NCBI GenBank assembly: GCA_910588035.1
Contig: CAJUPY010000007.1
Location: 38,381 to 102,380 of the forward strand
Length of the DNA: 64,000 nt
Direction: 5' to 3'
Origin: an uncultured Muribaculaceae bacterium
GTDB taxonomy: Bacteria; Bacteroidota; Bacteroidia; Bacteroidales; Muribaculaceae
Made by a program: the position numbers and the translations under genes. This document shows, one piece after another, positions 36,288 to 45,661 of this stretch. Each line of letters opens with the position of its first letter. The first letter of the stretch is position 1. The notes under the pieces are model-generated. The model had not been told where the DNA came from and made no database searches. It saw only the letters and a program-made list of their open reading frames with translations.

Positions 36288-38321
36288 TCACTTTTTCCCA
36301 AGCAGAAATTGCTCGGCACGTCCCGGTGTATAAAGCTGCCACAGAGAAGCCACGGTCCATCCCGGAGCAAAAATATTGTTGTAATATCCTTTTCCGTTGC
36401 GGCCATAGTCCCAGTTGGTGTGCTGGATAACCTCGGGATAGTATCCGGTTTTAGCTATGTCACATTTATGATTGCCATAGGGTAGCAACTGGCTCATTGA
36501 TGATGAGATCACTCCGGCAAAATCCGAGAAACGGGGTTCGTCATATTCTTTGGCAAGCCATCGCAACACATCGGCAAACTCAAAGACAAACACATCGATA
36601 TGATTGTTCTCGACCGACACATTACCCCAGCCACGTGTCTTCAGGCCAACATCGCCGAGCATCTGGCCTTTCGCAAACGGAACATCCCAGGTATAATACC
36701 ATGACAAGGCGAAGTATGCTGCTTTCCTTGCCAGGTCGGCACAGTGGCGACGCTCTTCACCCTTGGTCACAAGAGCCAGATAATAAGCCGCCGTCGAGGC
36801 ATAGAGTGAAGCTTCCTTGTCTTCGCAGTTCGCATCAAGTGTCGATGAGAAATAGTCTGATTTGGAAATTAGTTCGTGTTCCAGATATTCCATTGTGCGG
36901 CGTGCTGACTCAAGATAGCGTTTGTCTTTGAAATATTTGTAACCCATGACCAGTGGCAAAGTGGCCGAAGGGGTGCTTCCTCCGCTCGCGTCGATCATGG
37001 TGTGGTCATCTTTGAACTTGCGTGGAAAGCTACCATCTTCGTTCTGAAGTGTCAGCATGGCGTCAAGCAAGTCTTTGATTTTATTATCCCATTGACGATG
37101 ATTGCGTTTATGACGTTTCTCATACATCAGATAATTCAACATTGCATAAGCACCCTCCGACTGCCGGCGAATGCTGCGCACACCGTCATCTCCACCACGG
37201 TCAGCCTTGAGCACTTCCTTGAAGAAACCCGCAGGTGAAAAACCGTTTTCAAGATATGTGTCGTAGATAGCGGCAGACATGTCCACAAATTCCTGACGTG
37301 AATTCTGCTCGCCATACTCCAGGGCATTGAATGCATTGAGAAGGGTGCGACCGAGAAAACCCACCTCTGCTATATCGGTCGACTCACAAGTGGCAGTGAG
37401 CAACTCGACACCCGAGAAATACTTCAACGGCTCGCGGTCGACATAGCTTTCCGTAAAAAAATGGCTCAAAGCCTCCTTCACTTGATCTGACGTGTAGGGA
37501 GATTCCACAGAAACCGGACGGAATGTATCATAGCAATATTCCCACGTCTTTCTCACACAGTCGGCATAGTCATCAGCTCCGGTTTTAACCAGTTCCCAAT
37601 TTAAAGTGATCTTCTCTCCTTTGCCAAGTTTCTGATATGCCTCGACAGAGGGAGCCAATGTAAGTTTTCTTATATAAGTTCTGGGAGCCTCTTTGTAGGG
37701 GAAACCATAACAAAGTCGGGTCAGACCGCCGTCATTTTCAAAACCGGTGTATCCTATCGACGTTTCACCCGACACGATGACCTCACCCTCTTTGTGCGTG
37801 GTCAGGGCCTCTTTATCAAGACAATCGAGACGGGCCACAGTCACATATTCACCTTTATCCGGATTATACACTCCGGTCAGAGGTGAGCTCAATCGGTCTT
37901 CACGTACAAGCCAACTGTCCGACTCACGGAATGAGGGTGCGTTTTTAGGTGACCGCAGATTCTGTCTGTACCAGAACCCGGGCATGAAATATTGGTTATC
38001 GGCATGCCTGAAGCCGGTATTCACCTTCTCGCCGTAGTTGAAATAGACATCGTCTGACGCGCTGATGACTACCGTCACATGTTGACGTGTTCCATCGGTT
38101 GTCACTTTGCGCGACACACTGACCGGTATCTCATCTGACACCGGTGCCACATAAAGTCCGTCACCTCTGTCGGTAAAAGACAATTCGTGGGCAACTGCCT
38201 TATTTCCCGGAGTTTTCAATGATATGGTCGCCTGCAGGCCTGAAGTCACGGCTGGTGCTGCTGTCAGGCCAAACACTCCGGCTGTCATACAAAAACCTGA
38301 AAACAATCTTTTTACGCTCAT
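36288..38321 (-). CDS. Secreted 677-aa PUL protein of unassigned family; beta-rich N-terminal half plus a helical, Trp/Tyr-rich C-terminal half (candidate glycan lyase/hydrolase)
   Basis: Signal peptide MSVKRLFSGFCMTAGVFGLTAAPA. It is the last gene of the PUL. The C-terminal half has repeated aromatic-rich helical segments compatible with an (alpha/alpha)6 toroid. I recognise no catalytic motif. Confidence 0.6.
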   Translation of the reverse strand: MSVKRLFSGFCMTAGVFGLTAAPAVTSGLQATISLKTPGNKAVAHELSFTDRGDGLYVAPVSDEIPVSVSRKVTTDGTRQHVTVVISASDDVYFNYGEKVNTGFRHADNQYFMPGFWYRQNLRSPKNAPSFRESDSWLVREDRLSSPLTGVYNPDKGEYVTVARLDCLDKEALTTHKEGEVIVSGETSIGYTGFENDGGLTRLCYGFPYKEAPRTYIRKLTLAPSVEAYQKLGKGEKITLNWELVKTGADDYADCVRKTWEYCYDTFRPVSVESPYTSDQVKEALSHFFTESYVDREPLKYFSGVELLTATCESTDIAEVGFLGRTLLNAFNALEYGEQNSRQEFVDMSAAIYDTYLENGFSPAGFFKEVLKADRGGDDGVRSIRRQSEGAYAMLNYLMYEKRHKRNHRQWDNKIKDLLDAMLTLQNEDGSFPRKFKDDHTMIDASGGSTPSATLPLVMGYKYFKDKRYLESARRTMEYLEHELISKSDYFSSTLDANCEDKEASLYASTAAYYLALVTKGEERRHCADLARKAAYFALSWYYTWDVPFAKGQMLGDVGLKTRGWGNVSVENNHIDVFVFEFADVLRWLAKEYDEPRFSDFAGVISSSMSQLLPYGNHKCDIAKTGYYPEVIQHTNWDYGRNGKGYYNNIFAPGWTVASLWQLYTPGRAEQFLLGKK

Positions 38322-38359
38322 AAAATCAAATATCTTTGTTGTATACAGAGTAAAGCTTC

Positions 38360-39355
38360 TTATTTTTGAGAAAAGACCGGGGCTTTGGCTGTCGAAGCCG
38401 GTTCACCTCCGCTCACCGAAGGCCACCCGTCGATCCAGTTGATCTTGTCTAACATCAATTTACGACCTTTCGGTCCCGAGACCTCGACGGCATGATACAG
38501 CATCCAGTCATTTCCCTCATCGTCAGTGACAATTTCTGAATTATGCCCGGTGCCGACAAAATCACGGTTCTTATGAATAACTATCTCATGGTTGTTGTCA
38601 AGCATCCCTTTCCCCTGCTTGTCAACATAGGGACCGAGAAGACTGTCTGAACGCCCAACAACGGTGGTGTAGGTGCTCTTCAGACCTTCACAGCAGGTTC
38701 CTGTCGACGCAAAGAAATAGTACTTGCCATCTTTTTTGTGTATGTAAGTGCCCTCATAGGCCGTTCCGGCAACTTTCACCACCGGGGTTCCCTCGCGCAA
38801 CGACAGGCCGTCATCAGTCAATTCCACTGCATAAATTCCACGGAAACTTCCGAAAAACAGATATTTCTTGCCGCCGTCCTCAATGTAGAACGGATCAATG
38901 CAGTTCTTCACGCCGATCTCATTGCTCCGGAACATCATGCCATTGTCAGTGAATGGTCCCGAAGGTGAATCTGACCACGCGCTTCCGATGCCGCAGGTCC
39001 ATTCTCCTCCCCAGACCGACATCGAATAGTGCAGTACATACCTGTCACCTACCTTGCTGATGTCAGGGGCCCAGATTCCGGCCTTAGGCTCGAAAGAAGG
39101 GCGGGTGGAATCATTGAAAGCGGTTCCGACAAACTCCCAGTCGACAAGATTTCTTGACCTGAAAACGGGAAGATTTCTGACTGTTTCAGTGACATAGAGA
39201 TAGTAATAACCGTCTCCCCCGTCAATCACCGACGGGTCCGGCATATTTCTGTCTGATACCGGATTGCTGTATTGCCCGGGGCTTTCCATAGCCATAAGCG
39301 TCATGCTTATGGCTATGGCCGAGCCTGCTAAAAACTTTTTGAGCATACTACTCAT
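38360..39355 (-). CDS. Glycoside hydrolase family 43
   Basis: NMPDPSVIDGGDGYYYLYVT (catalytic Asp), WAPDISKVGDRYVLHYSMS and GHNSEIV. I take the start at M34 (39355), 16 nt after the upstream stop; the track ORF extends to 39454. Confidence 0.85.
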   Translation of the reverse strand: MSSMLKKFLAGSAIAISMTLMAMESPGQYSNPVSDRNMPDPSVIDGGDGYYYLYVTETVRNLPVFRSRNLVDWEFVGTAFNDSTRPSFEPKAGIWAPDISKVGDRYVLHYSMSVWGGEWTCGIGSAWSDSPSGPFTDNGMMFRSNEIGVKNCIDPFYIEDGGKKYLFFGSFRGIYAVELTDDGLSLREGTPVVKVAGTAYEGTYIHKKDGKYYFFASTGTCCEGLKSTYTTVVGRSDSLLGPYVDKQGKGMLDNNHEIVIHKNRDFVGTGHNSEIVTDDEGNDWMLYHAVEVSGPKGRKLMLDKINWIDGWPSVSGGEPASTAKAPVFSQK

Positions 39356-39371
39356 ATATCTGGGTATTCTG

Positions 39372-40394
39372 TCAGAAAACCGGACGTTCATAAGTTGTCG
39401 ACGGACCTTTCTGGGCCAGCACAGGCCAACCGTCAACCCACTTGATCTCATCAAGCATCAGGTAACGTCCGCCGGCAGGTTTCTCCCTGTAGTAGCTGTG
39501 GTAAAGCAACCAGTCCTTACCCTCGCTGTCAGTGATCAGCTGCGAGTTATGTCCGGGGCCGACGAATTTATCATTGCCGCGTATAACAACTTCAAATCCG
39601 TTATCAACCATAGATTTGCCGCTTTTATCAACATAGGGTCCGAGAACCGATGTCGAACGTCCGACGACAGTCATGTAGGTGCTCTGCATTGAGTTGCAGC
39701 AGCTGCCTACCGAGGCAAACAGATAGTAGTAGTCGCCGTGTTTGTGAATGTGAGGAGCCTCGAACGCGTTACCGGCAACAAGAACTTTCTCTGCCTTGGC
39801 CGTTGCGAGATCGGGATAGGGGCGGGTGCCGTCGGCTGTCAGCTTAATGGCGTAAAGGCCGTTGAAACTGCCCCACACAAGATATTTCTGACCGTTGTCG
39901 TCATAGTAAGCCGGATCGATCGAATTGCGCACCCCGATTTCATTTGAAGTGAACAATTTTCCCTTGCCGTCGACTGAAATATCGAATGAGAACGGCCCCT
40001 CAGGACTGTCGGCCGATGCGATGCCGATTCCGGCGGTAGCGGGGCTGCCCATTGCCGACATTGCAAAGTAGAGAATATATTTGTCACCGACTTTCTCGAT
40101 GTCGGGTGCCCACATGGCGGCACCCTTGGTGGTCACAAACGACGGAGCCTTGACAAACATCTTGCCGCCGTCGGTCCAGTTCACCAAATCAGTTGACTTA
40201 CGTATCTTTGTCGTGTTGGTGGCAAACAGGTAGAACGTGTTTCCCTCTTTCCACACGGTGGGGTCGGCCGCGCTGTAGTCTGTCAGCGGATTGCTGTAGG
40301 GGTTGGCATAGACCTTCAGATCGTTGTCGTTGTCTGAACACGAGGCAAGCGCAAGAACCCCGAGTGCCAATGTCAGAATATGTCTGGTTTTCAT
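39372..40394 (-). CDS. Glycoside hydrolase family 43 lipoprotein (tandem paralog)
   Basis: Lipobox VLALASCSDND; AADPTVWKEGNTFYLFAT, WAPDIEKVGDKYILYFAMS and GHNSQLI. Confidence 0.85.
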   Translation of the reverse strand: MKTRHILTLALGVLALASCSDNDNDLKVYANPYSNPLTDYSAADPTVWKEGNTFYLFATNTTKIRKSTDLVNWTDGGKMFVKAPSFVTTKGAAMWAPDIEKVGDKYILYFAMSAMGSPATAGIGIASADSPEGPFSFDISVDGKGKLFTSNEIGVRNSIDPAYYDDNGQKYLVWGSFNGLYAIKLTADGTRPYPDLATAKAEKVLVAGNAFEAPHIHKHGDYYYLFASVGSCCNSMQSTYMTVVGRSTSVLGPYVDKSGKSMVDNGFEVVIRGNDKFVGPGHNSQLITDSEGKDWLLYHSYYREKPAGGRYLMLDEIKWVDGWPVLAQKGPSTTYERPVF

Positions 40395-40406
40395 TACAGT
40401 TCAGTT

Positions 40407-42224
40407 TTAATTACGTTTTTCAAGTTCTTCAACAGGTATATTGTCCTCATAGCCGTCATAGCCGTAGTTCTGGTTGATGCGGCCTTCGGTATTTGATTCA
40501 ATAGCGTTGCGGGGAATCGGCCACCAGACGTGATAGGGCTTCATTATGAACGCATTGGTCGAATAGTAATATTCCGTTGCAAAGAAGTTGTTCTTCGCCA
40601 TGATGCGGTCATAATACCAGTTTTTCTCCGAGAAGTTATCCAATGAATATCCGTCATCGCCGCGTTCAGCCTTCAGACATGCGATACGTGTCAGCTCAGA
40701 CTTGCGGTGATCTTCGAGGAACAGCTCGCGTGCACGCTCGTCAAGAATGTCGTCAAGAGTCACTGTTTTCAGCTCCGGAGCGTTGACACGGCGACGGATT
40801 GCGTTTACGTCGTCTGTAGCCTCCTTGATTTTTCCCATCCACCAATATGCCTCGGCACGGTTCAGATAAGTCTCGGCCAGACGGAAGATATATTGGTCGG
40901 TGAAACCGCCGACAGGAACTTTACCGCCTGCGTTGATGTCGTCTTTGCTGACAAGCACCTTTACGATCGGGAACGAGAAGTAGCAACGCATTGTGTCCGT
41001 GCAGTATTTCGGGTCTACAGGCTGGCCGAAATATTTGGCGCTTCCACCTTTGCTCGACGGAAGATTATAGACAATGCGCGAGCGGTCAAACCAGTTGTTT
41101 GAATTATGACGCATGTCATCGCCACATTTGTCCCAAAGCGCGAACTGGGCATAGTTTGTCGGACGTATCTTGGCAAGACCACGGCCGAGAAACTCAAGCT
41201 GCTCATAACCGCTGTAGATGCCTGAAGCATCGGTGGTTCCGTTCTTTCCATCGGGAGTTTTCATCTTTGATCCGGCGTGCCACTGCGGGACGAAATTACG
41301 CTTGCGGCGCGATCCGCTCGGCGATGAACAGCCCTCGAGGCCATATCGCTCCTGACCGACCATGATAGCCTCGGCATTTTCAAGTGCGCTGATATTCTCC
41401 TCCTGGAAAAGGTCATTGTAAACATCTTTTGTCTTGTCTGACGCATTTACACCGAATCGGGTTGTCATCAGATGCAGACCGTAGTTGTCGATACAACGTG
41501 TGGTTGCGTTGACAGCCTCCTGGAAGTCTCCGTTGGCAAGATAGATTTTCGCCAGCAGATGTTCTCCTGCGGCACGGTTCACCGCGCCACGCATGGTCGA
41601 CTTGGGCAACCATTTGACGGCAAACTCCATATCTTCCTTGATGTGGCTCAGAATGGTTTTGCGCGAAACGGTGTTGAAATCGAGTTTCGCACCGGTGATC
41701 TCCTGTCCGATCCAGGGAACATCGCCAAACTGGTTGACAAGCAGATAATACCAGTAAGCCCTGTGGAAATAACCCTCGGCCAGACATGCGTTGCGGTCTT
41801 CTTCAGAAGCCATGCCTGTCGCTTCGGCCGAACGGGTGATGACGGTGTTGGCATATTTGATTCCGTTCCATGCCCACACCCAATATCTCAGGTGGAGATA
41901 CATGTTTGTGGTCGGAGTGAGCTGGGTGACCATGTTGTGGATCTCTTTTGTCTCGGGACCTCCCATTACGGCGAGGTCTGACCATGCGTACTCATAGACG
42001 ACAAATGTCTCGCAGTTGCCTGAGTTGAATGCGTCGCCAAACCACTCGAAGTTCAGCTGCTTGCGGCAGAGTCGGAGCATGGTGTTCAAGCCGTCGCGGT
42101 CGACAAAAGTATTTTCAGGCGTGAGAAATGACATGGCGTTTGGCTCCAGATCGACACACGATGTTGATCCTGCGGCCAGCAATCCTGCGGCCAGACAGCC
42201 TATTATATATTTTTTCGCTTTCAT
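40407..42224 (-). CDS. SusD/RagB-family lipoprotein
   Basis: Lipobox AAGSTSCVDLEP, 605 aa, directly downstream of SusC. The RAEAYWW-type motif is typical of the family. Confidence 0.88.
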   Translation of the reverse strand: MKAKKYIIGCLAAGLLAAGSTSCVDLEPNAMSFLTPENTFVDRDGLNTMLRLCRKQLNFEWFGDAFNSGNCETFVVYEYAWSDLAVMGGPETKEIHNMVTQLTPTTNMYLHLRYWVWAWNGIKYANTVITRSAEATGMASEEDRNACLAEGYFHRAYWYYLLVNQFGDVPWIGQEITGAKLDFNTVSRKTILSHIKEDMEFAVKWLPKSTMRGAVNRAAGEHLLAKIYLANGDFQEAVNATTRCIDNYGLHLMTTRFGVNASDKTKDVYNDLFQEENISALENAEAIMVGQERYGLEGCSSPSGSRRKRNFVPQWHAGSKMKTPDGKNGTTDASGIYSGYEQLEFLGRGLAKIRPTNYAQFALWDKCGDDMRHNSNNWFDRSRIVYNLPSSKGGSAKYFGQPVDPKYCTDTMRCYFSFPIVKVLVSKDDINAGGKVPVGGFTDQYIFRLAETYLNRAEAYWWMGKIKEATDDVNAIRRRVNAPELKTVTLDDILDERARELFLEDHRKSELTRIACLKAERGDDGYSLDNFSEKNWYYDRIMAKNNFFATEYYYSTNAFIMKPYHVWWPIPRNAIESNTEGRINQNYGYDGYEDNIPVEELEKRN

Positions 42225-42260
42225 TTGAAATGCTTGTTGATATTTTTCCGATTTATTAAA

Positions 42261-45200
42261 TTATAAGGTAATATTCATGCCGAATGTCCAGATGCGCGGG
42301 GTGATCGCGTTTGTGAGCGGATCGTTGTGGCGCCAGCCCGAGATGACGAAAGCATTGTCGACATTGACATTGAAACGAAGATTCTCGATACCCGCACGAC
42401 GGATAAGTTTCTGAGGGAAAGTATATGCAAGCGACATGTTCTGCATTCTCACATAGTTTCTCTTCTCATAAATATTCACCGTCGGATTTCCGACATTGGA
42501 GCCGAGACGGGCATATTTGCCGCTCTGATTCCAGGGTGTCCAGTATTCTGTCCAGCGAGAGTTGCTGGTGTTGTAGAAACGGTTTGTCTCGTTGCGGGCG
42601 ACATTGTCGACGGCGAGCCAGTCAAATTCACCACGGAGAGTGAAAGAGAAGTTGATGCACTTGAACAGGTTCAGGTTGCTGGCCAGGGTCATGCGGTGTT
42701 TCGGACGTTTGTTTCCGAGCCACACCTTATCTTTGTCGTTGATGACACCATCGTTGTTGACATCGAGCAGACGGGGGTCTCCGGGGAGCTTGCCATATTT
42801 CGCTGCCTCATACTCCTCACCGAGCTGCCAGATTCCGATGAACTTATAGTCATAGATCTCATCGATGCCGTGGCCGATATACCAACCGTTCTGAACGTCA
42901 TCGTCCTCACGTTTGCCGATCACGTTGCCATCACCGTCAAGAATATCGATCATGTTGCCATAGAGATGTTTGATCTCGTTGTGGTTGGTAGAGTAAGACA
43001 GTGTTGTGCTCCAGGTGATGTTCGGCTGACGAATGTTGACGCTCGTGACCGAGACCTCGGCTCCGCGGTTGGCGATCTCACCAAGGTTTGAAGCCAGCTT
43101 GCCGTAACCTGAGATCTCAGGCAACGCACGGTCCATCAACAGATCGTTGGTTTTATTCTTGTAAACCTCGACCGATCCATAGAGACGGTTGCCGAGGAAA
43201 GCGAAATCAACACCCCAGTTCCAACCGGTGGTCGTCTCCCACTTGATATCGCGGTTGGCAAGGCTCGAAGGATAGACAGCCTTGTAGTTTTCACCGTCTT
43301 GAATGACATTTGAGATCGTAAGGCGTGAAAAAGCGGCATATCTGCCGATATCGCGGTTACCGGTCTGACCCCATGACACACGGAGTTTGAGGTTGTCGAG
43401 CCATGTGATGTCACGCAGGAATTTTTCCTCTGACAGACGCCAACCGCCTGCGAATGTCCAGAACGTTCCGTAAGGGTGATTCTGACCGAAAGCCGAGAAT
43501 CCGTCACGACGAACAGATCCGGTGAACAGATATTTCTGCATAAGCGTGTAGTTCAGACGCCAAAGAAGGCCGTTACCGGTCTGCATCTGGTCATCGGAGG
43601 TGACAGTAGGTTTGATACCGGCTTGAATGCCGTGGAAACCCAGGGCTCCGTTAGGCTGGAAACCTTCATTATTGCTCTGGGTGCTCCAGTTCTGATATTT
43701 TTCAGCAGTGTAGACAAACGTGAAGTCAAAGGCATGGATTCCGAAAGTCTTGTTCCATTTCAGCATGTTGTCGATTGTCCATTCATAATCTGAATATTCA
43801 CGACGTTTCGCACTGCCGCCGGGAACCTGTCCGGGAACTTGGTCTGAAGTGTAGTAATAGTCTTTCTGCATGCCGTAACGCACGTTGTAAGTGGTCTGCC
43901 ATGAGAAACCGAAAGGAAGAGTTACTTTACCCCACAGCGACGAGTTGAAGTTATAGAAACGGAAATACTTGTCGTTGCAGTAGTGGGCCATCAACGGGTT
44001 TGTCAGACGGTTGTCGTCCCAGGGACGCGCCTTCACAGTTCCGTCCTCATTCCACATGTCGCCGAACGGACTCATTGCCTTGGCTGCGCCGCCATCGGCC
44101 TTGATCTCGTCCGACCCTTTGTGGGTGAACTGGGTGTTGGTTCCGACGCTGAGCCAATTGTTGATCTTGACATCAAGATTCATGCGCATGCGGGTTGCGC
44201 GGAAGTGATCACCTACCACAATACCGTCATTGTCGGTGTGTCCGACTGACAGATAGTAGTTCACGCGGTCGGTTTTTCCAGACACAGAGGCATTGTAATC
44301 CTGACGGAAACCTTTACGATAGACCAGATCCATCCAGTCGGTCACCTTACCGGCCTTGTAATTGGCAACCTCAATCGGGTTGAACTCCATGCGCTGCATC
44401 CAGGTCTCGATGTAGTCGCCTGAGAACGAGCTGTCATATCCCGCCCACTGCTCCTGGGTCACACCGGCAGGCAGATTGAACGGATTATCGTAATAGCCCA
44501 GACCCATTTGCTGCGCTCCGGGTTTGAAATAGTCTATTGTCTTGTAGTAGTCGGCGCGTCGCTGCAGATACTGTTCCGCAGTAGGCATCTCAGGCATGAA
44601 TGTAGACTCGGCGAAACCGACTTTCGCGGTCAGGTTGATGATAGGCTTGTCGGTTGTACCGCGCTTGGTATTGATTATGATCACACCGGCTGAACCTTTC
44701 GAACCGTAGACAGCTGTCGAGCTGGCATCTTTCAGAACGTCGATGCTCGCGATGTCGTTAGGGTTGATATCCTCGATACTACCATAGAATATCACACCGT
44801 CAAGCACAATAAGCGGGCTTGTGGAAGCCTTCAGCGACTGCTCGCCGCGGATCAGCACTCCTGACGCACCGCCACCTGCGTCGGTCGAGGGGGTGATGTT
44901 GACACCCGGAACCGCTCCTACGAGAAAATCGTAGGCGTTGGTCGCGACACGGCTGTTGATAACATCTTCACCGACATGGGCTACCGCTCCGGTAAGGTCT
45001 TTTCTCTTCATCGTGCCGTAACCGATGACCACAACGTCATCAAGCATCAGCGACGATTCCTCCATGGTGACATCGACTTTTGTCACACTTGAACCGACCG
45101 TACGCTCAACGGGCTCATAACCGATAAATGTAAATACAAGGGTGCTGTTTTTACCCGGAATCCGCAAGACGTACTTACCGTCGACATCTGTCATTGTGGC

Positions 45201-45383
45201 GATGTTGGGATTATCCTTCAACTTGACTGTCGCTCCGATAATCGCTTCTCCTGAAGCATCAGTCACAACTCCGCTCACACTCCTATCCTGTGCATAGGCC
45301 TGCGCGAATATAACAGAGACCAGAATTAGCATCAGCATTCTGATTCTGCCATAAAATACGAACTCTGAAAATTTTTGTTTCAT
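42261..45383 (-). CDS. SusC/RagA-family TonB-dependent transporter
   Basis: Start taken at MKQKFSEF... (45383). Carboxypeptidase-regulatory-like domain VSGVVTDASGEAIIGATV, plug VVVIGYGTMKRKDLTGAV, C-terminal WTFGMNITL. Confidence 0.92.
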   Translation of the reverse strand: MKQKFSEFVFYGRIRMLMLILVSVIFAQAYAQDRSVSGVVTDASGEAIIGATVKLKDNPNIATMTDVDGKYVLRIPGKNSTLVFTFIGYEPVERTVGSSVTKVDVTMEESSLMLDDVVVIGYGTMKRKDLTGAVAHVGEDVINSRVATNAYDFLVGAVPGVNITPSTDAGGGASGVLIRGEQSLKASTSPLIVLDGVIFYGSIEDINPNDIASIDVLKDASSTAVYGSKGSAGVIIINTKRGTTDKPIINLTAKVGFAESTFMPEMPTAEQYLQRRADYYKTIDYFKPGAQQMGLGYYDNPFNLPAGVTQEQWAGYDSSFSGDYIETWMQRMEFNPIEVANYKAGKVTDWMDLVYRKGFRQDYNASVSGKTDRVNYYLSVGHTDNDGIVVGDHFRATRMRMNLDVKINNWLSVGTNTQFTHKGSDEIKADGGAAKAMSPFGDMWNEDGTVKARPWDDNRLTNPLMAHYCNDKYFRFYNFNSSLWGKVTLPFGFSWQTTYNVRYGMQKDYYYTSDQVPGQVPGGSAKRREYSDYEWTIDNMLKWNKTFGIHAFDFTFVYTAEKYQNWSTQSNNEGFQPNGALGFHGIQAGIKPTVTSDDQMQTGNGLLWRLNYTLMQKYLFTGSVRRDGFSAFGQNHPYGTFWTFAGGWRLSEEKFLRDITWLDNLKLRVSWGQTGNRDIGRYAAFSRLTISNVIQDGENYKAVYPSSLANRDIKWETTTGWNWGVDFAFLGNRLYGSVEVYKNKTNDLLMDRALPEISGYGKLASNLGEIANRGAEVSVTSVNIRQPNITWSTTLSYSTNHNEIKHLYGNMIDILDGDGNVIGKREDDDVQNGWYIGHGIDEIYDYKFIGIWQLGEEYEAAKYGKLPGDPRLLDVNNDGVINDKDKVWLGNKRPKHRMTLASNLNLFKCINFSFTLRGEFDWLAVDNVARNETNRFYNTSNSRWTEYWTPWNQSGKYARLGSNVGNPTVNIYEKRNYVRMQNMSLAYTFPQKLIRRAGIENLRFNVNVDNAFVISGWRHNDPLTNAITPRIWTFGMNITL

Positions 45384-45661
45384 GGAATATGATAATAAAA
45401 TGGTTGTTGCGTTTATTTGATCGCTTGAAAATTGTTCCGCTAAATTACCTTGAAAATGCCTCAACCGATAGAACTACTATCTCAAAAAAAGGAAATTTTG
45501 TCTAATATGCATTCTATTTCAAGCATTTGAGACTATAGCGGCACATATTTGGCATATTTGGTATTTATGTTGCCGGCACGTTTTTCAAAAGAACAATTGA
45601 ACTGATTTAAATTGCCTGCGGGGCTGATTTAAACCAGTTCAATTCTTTCATTCAGTTGTTT

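Noticed and set aside
45417-45430. Partial match (tcgcttgaaa) to the repeat core upstream of the second SusC gene.
   Set aside because: Only about 10-11 nt match and there is no flanking similarity, which is compatible with chance.
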